From: Lysobacterales bacterium
GTDB lineage: Bacteria; Pseudomonadota; Gammaproteobacteria; Xanthomonadales; SZUA-5
DNA length: 64,000 bases
Direction of reading: 5' to 3'
Assembly: GCA_022844165.1 (NCBI GenBank)
Contig: JALHMH010000001.1
Location: forward strand, 224,001 to 288,000
Below the pieces are notes generated by a model, which searched no databases, had not been told where the DNA came from, and worked only from the letters and a program-made list of their open reading frames with translations. This document shows, piece after piece, positions 40,926-51,634 of this stretch; position 1 is the first letter of the stretch, and each line of letters opens with the position of its first letter. Both the position numbers and the translations under genes were made by a program.

Positions 40926-42548
40926 ATGGCTACGTACGCTACGACAGATCACCACGAGGATCACGACCACAAGCCGAGCGGCTTCTTTGAGCGTTGGTTC
41001 ATGTCGACCAATCACAAAGACATCGGGACGCTCTACCTGGTGTTCTCGCTGATCATGTTCTTTATCGGCGGGGCGATGGCCCTGGTGATCCGAGCTGAGC
41101 TGTTTCAGCCCGGCTTACAGTTGGTCGAGCCGGATTTCTTCAACTCGATGACGACGGTGCACGCCTTGGTGATGATCTTCGGTGCCGTGATGCCGGCGTT
41201 CGTTGGTCTGGCCAATTGGATGATCCCGATGATGGTCGGGGCACCGGACATGGCATTGCCGCGAATGAACAACTGGTCCTTCTGGATCATGCCGTTTGCC
41301 TTTGCATTGTTGCTCTCCACTTTGTTCATGGAAGGTGGCGCCCCGGCAGGCGGCTGGACGCTTTATCCGCCTTTGTCGATTCAAGGCGGCAACAATGTCG
41401 CATTCGTCATCTTCGCTGTCCACATGATGGGTATCAGCTCGATCATGGGCGCCATTAACATTATTGCGACGATCCTGAACATGCGCGCGCCGGGTATGGA
41501 TCTGCTGAAAATGCCGGTGTTCGTATGGACTTGGCTGATCACTGCATTTTTGCTCATCGCGGTCATGCCGGTGTTGGCGGGTGCCGTGACCATGCTGCTG
41601 ACCGATAAGTTCTTCGGCACCAGCTTCTTCAGCGCCGCTGGCGGCGGCGATCCCGTGATGTTCCAGCACATCTTCTGGTTCTTTGGGCATCCGGAGGTGT
41701 ACATCATGATTTTGCCCGCGTTCGGCATTGTCTCCGAGATCATCCCGACTTTTTCGCGCAAGCCGCTGTTCGGCTACCAGGCAATGGTGTACGCGACCGC
41801 GTCCATCGCGTTCTTGTCGTTCATCGTCTGGGCGCATCATATGTTCACGGTGGGCATGCCGCTCGGCGGACAGTTGTTCTTCATGTACGCCACCATGCTG
41901 ATTGCCGTGCCCACCGGGGTCAAGGTCTTCAATTGGGTGGCAACGATGTGGCGTGGATCGATGACCTTCGAGACGCCGATGCTGTTCGCCGTCGGTTTCG
42001 TTATTTTGTTTACGATCGGCGGATTCTCCGGTTTGATGTTGGCCATTGTGCCGGCCGACTTCCAGTATCACGACACTTACTTCGTCGTTGCGCATTTCCA
42101 CTATGTGTTAGTGACCGGCGCAATTTTCTCGATCATGGCCGCCGTCTACTACTGGCTGCCCAAGTGGACTGGAAGAATGTACAACGAGACGCTGGGCAAG
42201 TGGCACTTCTGGCTGTCGACCATCACCGTCAACATCCTGTTTTTTCCGCAACACTTCCTCGGTTTGGCCGGCATGCCGCGCCGAATTCCTGATTACAACC
42301 CAGCCTTCGCGGATTTCAATGTGATTTCTTCGGTCGGTGGATTTGCGTTCGGCATCACCCAACTGCTGTTCGCCTGGATCGTCATCGACTGCTGCCTCAG
42401 AAAACGCGGTGCCAAGGCGACATCGGGCGTATGGGAGTCGGCAAAAGGCCTGGAATGGACCTTGGCTTCGCCGGCGCCATACCACTCGTTTACCACGCCT
42501 CCGAAGATCGATGATCGGATGTTGGCGCACGGCGATGTGTCGCACTGA
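40926..42548 (+). CDS. coxA: Cytochrome c oxidase subunit I
   Basis: STNHKDIG, WFFGHPEVY, VWAHHM, HFHY. Confidence 0.99.
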   Translation: MATYATTDHHEDHDHKPSGFFERWFMSTNHKDIGTLYLVFSLIMFFIGGAMALVIRAELFQPGLQLVEPDFFNSMTTVHALVMIFGAVMPAFVGLANWMIPMMVGAPDMALPRMNNWSFWIMPFAFALLLSTLFMEGGAPAGGWTLYPPLSIQGGNNVAFVIFAVHMMGISSIMGAINIIATILNMRAPGMDLLKMPVFVWTWLITAFLLIAVMPVLAGAVTMLLTDKFFGTSFFSAAGGGDPVMFQHIFWFFGHPEVYIMILPAFGIVSEIIPTFSRKPLFGYQAMVYATASIAFLSFIVWAHHMFTVGMPLGGQLFFMYATMLIAVPTGVKVFNWVATMWRGSMTFETPMLFAVGFVILFTIGGFSGLMLAIVPADFQYHDTYFVVAHFHYVLVTGAIFSIMAAVYYWLPKWTGRMYNETLGKWHFWLSTITVNILFFPQHFLGLAGMPRRIPDYNPAFADFNVISSVGGFAFGITQLLFAWIVIDCCLRKRGAKATSGVWESAKGLEWTLASPAPYHSFTTPPKIDDRMLAHGDVSH

Positions 42549-42664
42549 TGATCGATGCTCGACGTAAAGCAGGCGTCAGGCGCACGGTGATTGTGTTATG
42601 CACAATCGCCGCGGCGCTGTACGGGTTTTTGTTCGTACGTGCTTTTTGGTTGACTGGACAATGA
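42548..42664 (+). CDS. Small single-TM protein in the cox operon (38 aa)
   Basis: MIDARRKAGVRRTVIVLCTIAAALYGFLFVRAFWLTGQ*; overlaps both neighbours; missing from the ORF track. Confidence 0.75.
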   Translation: MIDARRKAGVRRTVIVLCTIAAALYGFLFVRAFWLTGQ

Positions 42665-43239
42665 ATGCATCCGGCCGCCATCGCGTGTTACTCAAGCGCA
42701 TGTTGCTGACATGCGCGGCATCGTTCGTTTTCTGTTTCTCACTGATTCCGATCTACACCATCTACTGCGAGATCACAGGCATCAACGGCAAAACGGGCAC
42801 GCTGTCGCCTGTCGCTGCGGGCGCAACGACGATCGACTACAGCCGAACGGTGAAGGTCGAATTCGATGCCGCCGTGAAGTCTGGTCTCGATTGGGAGTTT
42901 CGCCCGAAGGTGGCCTCTGTCGATGTTCACCCCGGCGACGTGATCGAAGTAATGTTCGAAGCGATTAATCGCGAGCCCGAGTTGATTGTCGGGCAGGCGG
43001 TGCCGAGCGTTGCGCCGAATCGCGCCTCGCTGTACTTCAGCAAGACCGAGTGTTTCTGCTTCACTGAGCAGCCGCTTGAGGCGGGCGAAAGTAAAGACAT
43101 GCCCGTGCGTTTTGTGATCGATCCGGCGATACCGGCCAATGTGTCGACGGTGACTTTGTCTTACGTCTTTTATCGCAACGAACACGCCACACAAAGACTG
43201 GCGCAGAGCGCTGCTGCGATCGATAATCGAGTCCTGTAG
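42661..43239 (+). CDS. ctaG: Cytochrome c oxidase assembly protein CtaG/Cox11
   Basis: CEITGING; YFSKTECFCF. Confidence 0.95.
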   Translation: MNASGRHRVLLKRMLLTCAASFVFCFSLIPIYTIYCEITGINGKTGTLSPVAAGATTIDYSRTVKVEFDAAVKSGLDWEFRPKVASVDVHPGDVIEVMFEAINREPELIVGQAVPSVAPNRASLYFSKTECFCFTEQPLEAGESKDMPVRFVIDPAIPANVSTVTLSYVFYRNEHATQRLAQSAAAIDNRVL

Positions 43240-43284
43240 TCGCTATACACCGTTGCAGCTTTCAACCGCTTTAGGAATGACATC

Positions 43285-44163
43285 ATGGGTCAAGCAACAG
43301 CATCGTCGAACGCCTACTACGTGCCGCACGCCAGCGTGTGGCCGATTGTTGGATCTGTTGCATTGTTCCTTTTGATGAGCGGCGCCGCCACGTTGCTGAA
43401 CGGCGGGTCTGGAATGGGTCTGCTGAAGTTCTGGCTGGGCTTTGCGATTCTGATCTTCATGTTTTTTGGTTGGTTTGGCGCGGTCATCAAGGAGAGCCTG
43501 CAGGGGCTCTACAACAGTCAGGTCGATGTCTCCTTCCGCATGGGGATGGTGTGGTTCATTTTTTCCGAAGTCATGTTTTTCGCCGCTTTTTTTGGCGCCC
43601 TGTACTACGCGCGCATCTTTTCGATACCGTGGCTCGGTGGCGAAGGCGATGGGTTTGCGACCAACCAGCTGTTGCACCAAGGTTACGAGGCGGCCTGGCC
43701 GACCAACGGTCCGGACAACGTTGGCGGTTTCTTTGAGACGATCCCGGCATGGGGGATTCCGCTTCTTAACACGCTGTTGCTTTTGACCTCGGGTCTGACG
43801 ATCACCTTGGCGCACTGGGCGTTGAAGGTTGGTCAGCGCGGCGCTCTGATCTTCTGGATGTCGGCAACGATCGTGCTCGGCATCATTTTCTTGTACTGGC
43901 AGGCCTATGAATACGTGCACGCTTACCAGGATCTGGGGTTGACCTTAGGCTCCGGCATCTACGGCAGCACTTTTTTCATGTTGACCGGCTTTCATGGTCT
44001 GCATGTAACCTTGGGTACGATCATGCTGATCGTGATTCTATTTCGCTGTATGGCCGGTCATTTCACCAAAGAGAATCACTTTGCATTCGAAGCTGTCGCC
44101 TGGTACTGGCATTTTGTCGATGTGGTTTGGTTAGGCCTGTTCGTGTTCGTGTACGTACTCTGA
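43285..44163 (+). CDS. coxC: Cytochrome c oxidase subunit III
   Basis: FIFSEVMFF, TGFHGLHV, WYWHFVDVVW. Confidence 0.97.
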   Translation: MGQATASSNAYYVPHASVWPIVGSVALFLLMSGAATLLNGGSGMGLLKFWLGFAILIFMFFGWFGAVIKESLQGLYNSQVDVSFRMGMVWFIFSEVMFFAAFFGALYYARIFSIPWLGGEGDGFATNQLLHQGYEAAWPTNGPDNVGGFFETIPAWGIPLLNTLLLLTSGLTITLAHWALKVGQRGALIFWMSATIVLGIIFLYWQAYEYVHAYQDLGLTLGSGIYGSTFFMLTGFHGLHVTLGTIMLIVILFRCMAGHFTKENHFAFEAVAWYWHFVDVVWLGLFVFVYVL

Positions 44164-44214
44164 CACTGGAATGGGGCGCGGATCGGGTGCCGCTGGCCAA
44201 CGTTGATGTGAGTT

Positions 44215-45024
44215 TCACCGATGATCGGTATGCAGATCGGCTAAAAAGGCCTGCAGCGAGTGGTTCACGAGTGCCGAATTTTCCAGGTTAGCGCTGTGTC
44301 CGCTTCCGGCCACAACGATCAGCTTAGACTTGGCGATAGAATTCGCCATTCGCCGTGCATCGTGAATCGGCGTTGTTTGGTCGTGTTCGCCAGCGAAGAT
44401 CAGCGTTGGAGCTCGAATCGCCGACAGTTCATGCACAATGCCTTCGCGGCTTATGACGCCACCGACCGGACCTGCGATCCGACGCGGCAGTGATTGAATA
44501 TGATGCCTCCAGCGTTCCCGAAGTTCTGAGTGTTCGGTCGCCCGCAAAAAGCTCGGGCCGAACATGAGTGGCAGAATTTGAGGAACCAGCGGCTTTGGGC
44601 CGAATAGCCGCGCGATAAGCTGCATGATTCGATAGCGAAGTTTCTTGACGATCGGCTCACGGTCAGCCGATGAATTGATCAAGGTCAGGCTAAGCAGTAA
44701 TTCCGGATACCGCGCAGCCACGCGCAGGCCCACAAATCCACCCATCGACATACCAACGAAATGACAGGGTGCAGCGTTCTGCCGGATGAGTGCTGCTGCG
44801 TCTTCTGTCAGCGTGTCCATATCAAAAGGACCGTCGGGCGACGACTGCCCTTGGCCCCGATGATCGTATGCAATCGTCCGATATCGTGTGTCGAGCGCCG
44901 CGCGCTGAGCCGCAAACATGCCATGGTCCATCAGCAAACCATGTGAAAAGACGATGGACTCAGTTCCAATTCCGGACTGACTGACATACAACTCCGTGCC
45001 GTTCACCGCGACCATCTGATTCAT
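44215..45024 (-). CDS. Alpha/beta hydrolase
   Basis: FSHG, YDHRGQG, GMSMG, GHSANLE. Confidence 0.9.
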   Translation of the reverse strand: MNQMVAVNGTELYVSQSGIGTESIVFSHGLLMDHGMFAAQRAALDTRYRTIAYDHRGQGQSSPDGPFDMDTLTEDAAALIRQNAAPCHFVGMSMGGFVGLRVAARYPELLLSLTLINSSADREPIVKKLRYRIMQLIARLFGPKPLVPQILPLMFGPSFLRATEHSELRERWRHHIQSLPRRIAGPVGGVISREGIVHELSAIRAPTLIFAGEHDQTTPIHDARRMANSIAKSKLIVVAGSGHSANLENSALVNHSLQAFLADLHTDHR

Positions 45025-45166
45025 GTCGGCCCCTGTTGGTGCTCACCTGGCGTGAATTTACGTGAGCGGGAATGAGATTGCGCGATGGCAATCCGGCACG
45101 TTTTGCTTACGTACGGGTGCCCATAGAACGGGCTTCGAAATCGGGTCCAGCGACGCTGAAATGGTG

Positions 45167-45598
45167 TCAGGCATTCAGCGCGCTGACCACTCCAGGGTTC
45201 GCGATACGGGCCACGTTGCAAGCTTCGGCCAATGACGACTCCATCTCGAGTTTGATGCGGTTAATGACCCGCAGTGCCGCCAGCGCTTCAGGGGAGTCAG
45301 GTTCTTCTCCTGCGGCCAGTGCCATTGAATCCAGCTGTGCTTGGCCTTGCGATACCGCCATCGCCTCATCATCATCCACGAACTGGGCGAGAAAAATATA
45401 GCCTCGAATCAGAGCATCGCGCAGTGCTGCATCCTCGGGCTCAAGACGCTTGAGTACACCGAGCGTGGCCTCTCGTATGGCGGTCTTGGAGTGTGGCAGA
45501 AACGACAACGGCAGGGCGCAACATCCAGGTTCGATGTTACCCAGCAACTTGCCATAGTCGCTCAAAATACGCGTGGCCATGGAGATCATTCGGAGCAT
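45167..45598 (-). CDS. Hypothetical protein
   Basis: 143-aa ORF with protein-like composition; start uncertain. Confidence 0.6.
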   Translation of the reverse strand: MLRMISMATRILSDYGKLLGNIEPGCCALPLSFLPHSKTAIREATLGVLKRLEPEDAALRDALIRGYIFLAQFVDDDEAMAVSQGQAQLDSMALAAGEEPDSPEALAALRVINRIKLEMESSLAEACNVARIANPGVVSALNA

Positions 45599-45662
45599 TC
45601 TTCGGCTGACGACTGCTTGAACAGTAGAAATCGCAAGCGAAAAAGTAAAGTGCGGCCGTTAG

Positions 45663-45806
45663 CAGGTTCTTAAGAAACAAAGCAAAAAGCTGCTGAGCAC
45701 TGTTGACGACGTTCGACAGCGTGCCTGCCACAACCGCGCGCGGGGTTTGAAAAGCCAAGGCTGCCTCGGAGAAACTCAGATTCACTCACGGCTCAAGCAG
45801 AGCCTG
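45663..45806. mobile_element. Possible small MITE
   Basis: TTAG direct repeats at 45659 and 45807; termini CAGGTTCT / AGAGCCTG (7 of 8 inverted match). Confidence 0.35.
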
Positions 45807-45840
45807 TTAGGTTCTTCGTTACGTATCGAGGGCTTACCCC

Positions 45841-46017
45841 ATGAATACCGAACCGCCTCTGACGCCGTGCATCGGTGTGTGCAAGATGGATGCAGAGGGG
45901 TTCTGTATCGGCTGTCGTCGCAATAGCCGCGAAATTTCAGCTTGGGGACAGCTCAGCAACCTGGAACGCGCCCACATCATGCGTTATGAACTACCGAAGC
46001 GAATTGTGCGTGAATGA
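45841..46017 (+). CDS. DUF1289-like small Cys protein (58 aa)
   Basis: TPCIGVC...FCIGCRR..EISAW; missing from the ORF track. Confidence 0.85.
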   Translation: MNTEPPLTPCIGVCKMDAEGFCIGCRRNSREISAWGQLSNLERAHIMRYELPKRIVRE

Positions 46018-46672
46018 GTGGCTCACGGGTGCACCAATTGCCCAGGCGCGTTCCGCTCTGCGCCCACTGTCGGACTCGGTCGACTGCACACCTTTGAACC
46101 TGGATGAACTTGATGGGCTCCTGCCCCAGGACAGAGTATTTCGGGATGCAGGTGTTCTGGTTGGATTGGTGCCACGCTCCAGTGGCTGGCAGTTACTGCT
46201 GACGCGACGAACAGAAACACTGGCCAATCACGCGGGGCAAATCAGTTTCCCTGGCGGGCGAGTCGAAGCCTCCGATGCCGGCGTGGTTGCAGCTGCGCTT
46301 CGCGAGACTACTGAAGAAACCGGAATCGAACGTTCAGCAATGGCTCCGGTCGGTTTGCTTGATCGGTACGCCACGATCAGCGCGTTCAATGTGACACCCG
46401 TTTTGGCGCTAGTCCATCCTGAAGCCACCTATCGACACGATCCGGCGGAAGTCGATGAGGTGTTCGAAGTACCTTTGGCGCATGTGCTGGATCGTGCCAA
46501 CCTGGTCCGCGAGGAGCGCTTTTTTATGGGTCGAATGCGCGGCTACTACGTGATCTGGTATCAGCACTATCGCATCTGGGGGGCCACCGCTGGCATGCTC
46601 GTGAATCTCATCGAACGATTCGAGCGCCATGGACTCAAGCCCACTGATTTCAGTCGAAGAGTTGAGCCGTAG
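46010..46672 (+). CDS. CoA pyrophosphatase (Nudix)
   Basis: LLTRR, HAGQISFPGG, AALRETTEETG Nudix box, IWGATAG. Confidence 0.92.
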   Translation: MNEWLTGAPIAQARSALRPLSDSVDCTPLNLDELDGLLPQDRVFRDAGVLVGLVPRSSGWQLLLTRRTETLANHAGQISFPGGRVEASDAGVVAAALRETTEETGIERSAMAPVGLLDRYATISAFNVTPVLALVHPEATYRHDPAEVDEVFEVPLAHVLDRANLVREERFFMGRMRGYYVIWYQHYRIWGATAGMLVNLIERFERHGLKPTDFSRRVEP

Positions 46673-47465
46673 GGAACCCGGGATCGTGGTTCTCGATTGT
46701 CGCTTCGAGCTTTCGGATAAAGGTGCAGGACGACGCGCCTATGACGTTGGGCATTTACCGGGTGCATTGTTCGTCGATCTGGAAGACGATCTATCCGATA
46801 TGCGACAAGTCGCTACACGCGGGCGACACCCCTTGCCGACAGATCGGCAGCTGAGCGCTGTGTTATCGCGTCTTGGCGTCAACGCAAACTCCGAGCTCGT
46901 CTGTTACGACGCCGCCGATGGCATGTTTGCGGCGCGCGCCTGGTGGCTTTTTTCACACTCGACGCAACTTCGGGTCCGGGTTCTCGATGGCGGCTTGAAG
47001 GAATGGCTGGCGGCCGGACATTCGCTGACGATGGATAAGCCACAGGTCGAAACAACCGACTACCGTGCCTCATTGTCCGATGATGCGTGGATCGCAACGG
47101 ACAAGCTGACAGCGTTCCTGAAAGGCGGTGTGTTGCTTGATGCCCGCGCGGCGCCCCGATTTCGTGGCGAAGTGGAGCCGATAGATCCCATTGCCGGCCA
47201 CGTGCCCGGTGCCGTTAATGCGCCGTTTGGCGACAATCTGCGTAACGGAAAATTCAAGCCCGCAGAGGAACTGGCTGAGCGTTTTGCGCCATTGATTAAA
47301 CCCGGTGCCCACCGGGTCGCGCACATGTGCGGTTCCGGTGTCACTGCTTGCCACAATCTGCTGGCCATGGAGGTTGCCGGCTATCGCGGTTCGTGTCTAT
47401 ACGCGGATTCCTGGAGCGGCTGGATTACCGACCGGTCGCGAGCGATCGCTTTGGGCAGCGCCTGA
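46629..47465 (+). CDS. Sulfurtransferase (3-mercaptopyruvate/rhodanese family)
   Basis: GHLPGA, GRHPLP, CGSGVTAC, SWSGW. Confidence 0.93.
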   Translation: MDSSPLISVEELSRREPGIVVLDCRFELSDKGAGRRAYDVGHLPGALFVDLEDDLSDMRQVATRGRHPLPTDRQLSAVLSRLGVNANSELVCYDAADGMFAARAWWLFSHSTQLRVRVLDGGLKEWLAAGHSLTMDKPQVETTDYRASLSDDAWIATDKLTAFLKGGVLLDARAAPRFRGEVEPIDPIAGHVPGAVNAPFGDNLRNGKFKPAEELAERFAPLIKPGAHRVAHMCGSGVTACHNLLAMEVAGYRGSCLYADSWSGWITDRSRAIALGSA

Positions 47466-47499
47466 ACCTTGTCATGGCATGGTCAATTCCCGAAAGTCG

Positions 47500-50400
47500 T
47501 CAACTGCATGGTTTGCGTCCCGTGAGCAATGACACCGCCACATCAGTGGCAGTGAACTCACCGCTCAGTGGTGCCTGGAAATTCGATTGGAACGTCCAGC
47601 GGCCAGTGCTCCCGCCGATGGCGAAACTGCGGGTCCACTGCCCCGCAGGACGTTGCGTCACCGGCGTGAATGCGCAGGAGGGGCAGAACCCGGTGAATTG
47701 GTTCAGTGTCAATGGCGCCGCATTAAATGCGTTCTGTTGGCCCAGCAGCCAGCGTGGGCGGCCAGCGCCATCGTAAAGATAGAGCACAGAGAAGTCGATG
47801 CCAGGCCGGGTAAAGTAATTGGCCCCATAACCACTGCGGGCAGGTTCGAACCAGAGCCCGGTTGGATCAAAACTCTCTCCGGCATTTTGCACGCATGCGC
47901 TGCTCGCCAACAGTTCCATGGGCTCGCTGCCGCTGCGGCCATCGATCTCCCAGTTGAGCATCAGGCGCTCTTCTTGTCGAACCAATACAACTTCGCCCAC
48001 GCGTTGTCCATCAGCACCATTGTTCAACCAGTGATAGCGGAACAGATCAGTGCGAACATGGCTTTGTCCTGTGCTCAATGCGTCGGGGAAAGCGAGGTAC
48101 CAGGTCGGTTGCTGGTTCGCATCGTAGGTGTACCAAACCAATTGCACCGAATTCCCCGCCTGCGTGAAAAGCAATCCATGACCATCGCGCGCCGGGTTGT
48201 AATAGACCTCGGCAGCAAATGACGGCGCGATCGCCGCCGCCAACCGGGCGGTCACGACAACCGGTACTGCGGTGGCGCCGGTATTTCGAGGGACCACGTA
48301 GTAGCGCCCTTGTGTCAACTGCGGCGCATCCAGCGTGATGGTCTCATTCGAATCGCCGCTATCGACCGCGATCAGGGCATCGCCCAGGGGCGGAGCTGTG
48401 GGCAAGTCGGGTCCGACAATCGAAGTGGCACGCGCAACATAGAGCGAGGCGTTTCCAACACTGCCGCGTTGTTCAATTACCAGGCGCGTGGCACCCGCCG
48501 GCACATCAATCGCGAGCCGGTCGTGTTGGCTGCCGGCGCCGATCAAGAACCCGTAGGGCACGCCGTTACTCAAGAACCGCGTCGTCTGCGCGGCTGCACC
48601 TGTGCGTAGCAGAGTGACGGGGGTACGCGCAAAGGTCTCGGCGCTACTGCGACCTGCGCGCATTTCCAAAACCGCGAAAGCGCGTTGACCCAATGCGAGG
48701 CCCGCAACATCGTAGTGGATGGATACCGGCAGGCTGGCGCCCTCATCGACACGTGTCGCAGCCATTGCATGGCCATTGCGATTGGCGTCGCTGTAAGCGA
48801 TTGCCGCAAATTCGAGCACAACTTCGTTGCCTGCCGCACTGCCGCTGGCATTTTGGATTCGTACCCAATACTGCCCTGCAGGTTGCTCGTCCAGCACGCA
48901 GCGCTCGACGGAAATGCTGCTGATGGATCGACAGCGTGCTTCGCCAGCCACGGCGGCGCCATCGCTGTTATCGTCGCGGCCGACGAACAAATCGATGTCC
49001 GCTGCAGTGCTGGACACAACGTCGGCCCGTATGGTCCCGGTGCTCGGCAGATCGATGAGGAAAGTGACGGTGCCGGCATTGCTGTCGTATGGATCGTTTG
49101 GCGTTGGGTCCACGACGACATTCGGCCGTTCCCGGCGCGGCTCGACGGGGCCATGTAGCCGATAGCTCAGTGCATCGATCGCGACCAGATTGGCGAAACT
49201 CGCGTCGAATCTCCCGCGGTCGGCGTCCACGTTGACATTGACGTTATTCGGTAGATTGCCAGCCAGCGAACGCATCACAACCGGCAGCCGGCTTTCGGGA
49301 ATCGTGGGATCGCTGGCGCGGATCAGCACCTGGCCGTGAGCGATCTTGCCGAGTACCGTTGGTGCACTGACGTCGACCACAAATTCAACGCTCTGCGTTT
49401 GCCCCGCACTCAAAGTGAACGACGCCGGTGTGGCACTGATCGCAACGCCCGCCGACATACTTTCGACGGTGTAAGTACCAGCACGCACTGCGCGAAACGT
49501 CCTAACGAACGTGCAGCGCGTTCGGCACGTGTCGCGGTACAGGTTCGGCAAATTCAAACGCGACGGATCACCGCCGATGCGCGGGTTCTCGCGCTCGAAG
49601 TCTGCCAGCGACACTGGCATCACCAGTCCTGCTGACAGCGCACGATCAACACGGGCACGGCCTGAACCCACATCAAGAGCGGTCGCCAGAATAACGCCGT
49701 CTTGTGTCCGCGATCCCTGTGCTGCCGTGAGCTGCAGAGCCGAGTACAACTCGCCGGCAAGCAATTCTTGCCGGCGGCTCCTCAGAAGCGCCAGCGCGCC
49801 GGCCATATGCGGCGAGGACATCGATGTGCCGCTCAGCGTACGCTCGCCACTGGAGTTGTGGGCCGGGGCCTGAATACTGACGCCAGGACCGGAAATGTTC
49901 GGTTTCAAGACCCCCGTGATGTTGGGGTCGGGCCCGCGGGAGCTGAAGCTCGCCAGGACGTCGCCGAAACTGTCGTCGAGTACTGAACTCACACCGGCAA
50001 GTCGACCTCGCGCGCTGCCCTGGCTGGCGCGAACCCAGGCCTTGAGCGACTCGCCGTCGCGGAATCCCAAGTGCGTCGCCGGGAGAAAGTGGTCGTCGCT
50101 GACGATGCTGTCGCCTTCGGCCACCGTGTTGACCAGGACCATGCCACCTCCGCCGGCTCGTTGCACATTGAACCCCTTGGCGACACGCGCCTGTACGCCA
50201 CGGTCGCAGATGACGATTTCGCCATTGAACACTTGACCGGTCCATGGACTGGATGCACCCGTAGGTGGACTGTCGAGGTTATCGCCTTGGCTGCAACGCG
50301 CTGAGCCCTGGCTCTCGCCTAAGACAATACGCACAGGTCCAATACCGCCTGCGAGACCAGCGCCGATAAATCGCACGGCCGGTGGTGCCACGGCGTTGCT

Positions 50401-51498
50401 GGACAAATCTGTCAGGACATTAGCGATGCGACGGTTGCTCGTCGCGGCGGCGGCGGCAAGTACCCACGGCGAATTTGCCGGTGAACCAATGGTTGCTGCG
50501 GTTGGTCCGGAGTTTCCGGCTGAAACGGAAATGGCGATGCCCGCACGCGCGGCGTTGGCCATGGCTCGAATTGGCGGCGATGCACCACCGGCCAGCCCGG
50601 GCCACGGATCGATCGCGCTGCCACCAATCGAATAGTTGATCACGTCAACCGCATCGATCACGGCTTGTTCCAGTGCCGCAACCGTCGCCGAGTTCGGGCA
50701 AGAGCCGCTGGCATTGTCGTTAACGCATGCCTTGTAACTAATCATGTTGGCGCGTGGCGCAACGCCGGAGAGATTCAGTGCCAGCGTCGCGGTTTGACCG
50801 GTAACCGAAGTGCTGCGAACGTTGCCAACCGCGGTGCCGGCCACATGGGTGCCATGCCCGTTGGCGTCGCTGCCATCGCGAGCGCCTTCGTCGGTGAAAT
50901 CATGGATTCCGATGAGCTTGTTGTTACAGCGTGCGGCGGCTGTGCTGTTGCACAACCCGTAACGCTGCGATCGCGGATTGCTGTGGCGGTATCCGGCGCT
51001 GTCGAGTTCGGCAAATGCGGGGTGCGCAGAACTGATACCACTGTCGATGATGCCGACGATCACGCCTTCACCGCGCGTACCGGTCGCATTCGGCACCCCT
51101 GCCCAGGCTTCGGCGGCGCCAATCCAAGCTGGCCCGGCATCGGTGTGCAAACGCTCGAATGCGTCAGGACTGACCCGTGCAACGCCAGGCGTCTGCGCCA
51201 TTCGTAGCGCCTCCTCGGCATTCAGGTCGATGGTAAATCCATTGAGCACATAGCGATAGCGATGTGTGGGCACCTGACGACCCTTCAGTTGCGCACTCGA
51301 CAACACGGCCTGCTGCTCAAGATCGATACGGGCCACATAGCGCTGCACGTCCACCGACTTGGTGTCGAGTTGTTTTGTTGCCGCAAACTGCGCCGCAGGC
51401 GGAGAGATCAGCTCCACGATGTAACGCTGGCGCGTTTCAGCCAGGGCCTCGGTCAAGCCGCACAGAAGGACGATTACGGTAACGATCGACAAACGCAT
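47500..51498 (-). CDS. Secreted S8 (subtilisin) serine peptidase with I9 propeptide, PA and PPC-like domains
   Basis: IIDSG, HGTHVAGT, GTSMSSPH catalytic triad; signal peptide. Confidence 0.95.
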   Translation of the reverse strand: MRLSIVTVIVLLCGLTEALAETRQRYIVELISPPAAQFAATKQLDTKSVDVQRYVARIDLEQQAVLSSAQLKGRQVPTHRYRYVLNGFTIDLNAEEALRMAQTPGVARVSPDAFERLHTDAGPAWIGAAEAWAGVPNATGTRGEGVIVGIIDSGISSAHPAFAELDSAGYRHSNPRSQRYGLCNSTAAARCNNKLIGIHDFTDEGARDGSDANGHGTHVAGTAVGNVRSTSVTGQTATLALNLSGVAPRANMISYKACVNDNASGSCPNSATVAALEQAVIDAVDVINYSIGGSAIDPWPGLAGGASPPIRAMANAARAGIAISVSAGNSGPTAATIGSPANSPWVLAAAAATSNRRIANVLTDLSSNAVAPPAVRFIGAGLAGGIGPVRIVLGESQGSARCSQGDNLDSPPTGASSPWTGQVFNGEIVICDRGVQARVAKGFNVQRAGGGGMVLVNTVAEGDSIVSDDHFLPATHLGFRDGESLKAWVRASQGSARGRLAGVSSVLDDSFGDVLASFSSRGPDPNITGVLKPNISGPGVSIQAPAHNSSGERTLSGTSMSSPHMAGALALLRSRRQELLAGELYSALQLTAAQGSRTQDGVILATALDVGSGRARVDRALSAGLVMPVSLADFERENPRIGGDPSRLNLPNLYRDTCRTRCTFVRTFRAVRAGTYTVESMSAGVAISATPASFTLSAGQTQSVEFVVDVSAPTVLGKIAHGQVLIRASDPTIPESRLPVVMRSLAGNLPNNVNVNVDADRGRFDASFANLVAIDALSYRLHGPVEPRRERPNVVVDPTPNDPYDSNAGTVTFLIDLPSTGTIRADVVSSTAADIDLFVGRDDNSDGAAVAGEARCRSISSISVERCVLDEQPAGQYWVRIQNASGSAAGNEVVLEFAAIAYSDANRNGHAMAATRVDEGASLPVSIHYDVAGLALGQRAFAVLEMRAGRSSAETFARTPVTLLRTGAAAQTTRFLSNGVPYGFLIGAGSQHDRLAIDVPAGATRLVIEQRGSVGNASLYVARATSIVGPDLPTAPPLGDALIAVDSGDSNETITLDAPQLTQGRYYVVPRNTGATAVPVVVTARLAAAIAPSFAAEVYYNPARDGHGLLFTQAGNSVQLVWYTYDANQQPTWYLAFPDALSTGQSHVRTDLFRYHWLNNGADGQRVGEVVLVRQEERLMLNWEIDGRSGSEPMELLASSACVQNAGESFDPTGLWFEPARSGYGANYFTRPGIDFSVLYLYDGAGRPRWLLGQQNAFNAAPLTLNQFTGFCPSCAFTPVTQRPAGQWTRSFAIGGSTGRWTFQSNFQAPLSGEFTATDVAVSLLTGRKPCS

Positions 51499-51634
51499 AA
51501 TGCAGTTCTCAACGGACGCCAGTTGCGATTGTAAGGCCTTGGCAACGCTGCGGCGCGCAAGTCAGCTGAACGAACTTTGCTTGCAGTTGGCACGTGAGAT
51601 GATGTCGCTACCGTCGAAATTCAGGGGGGGAACA

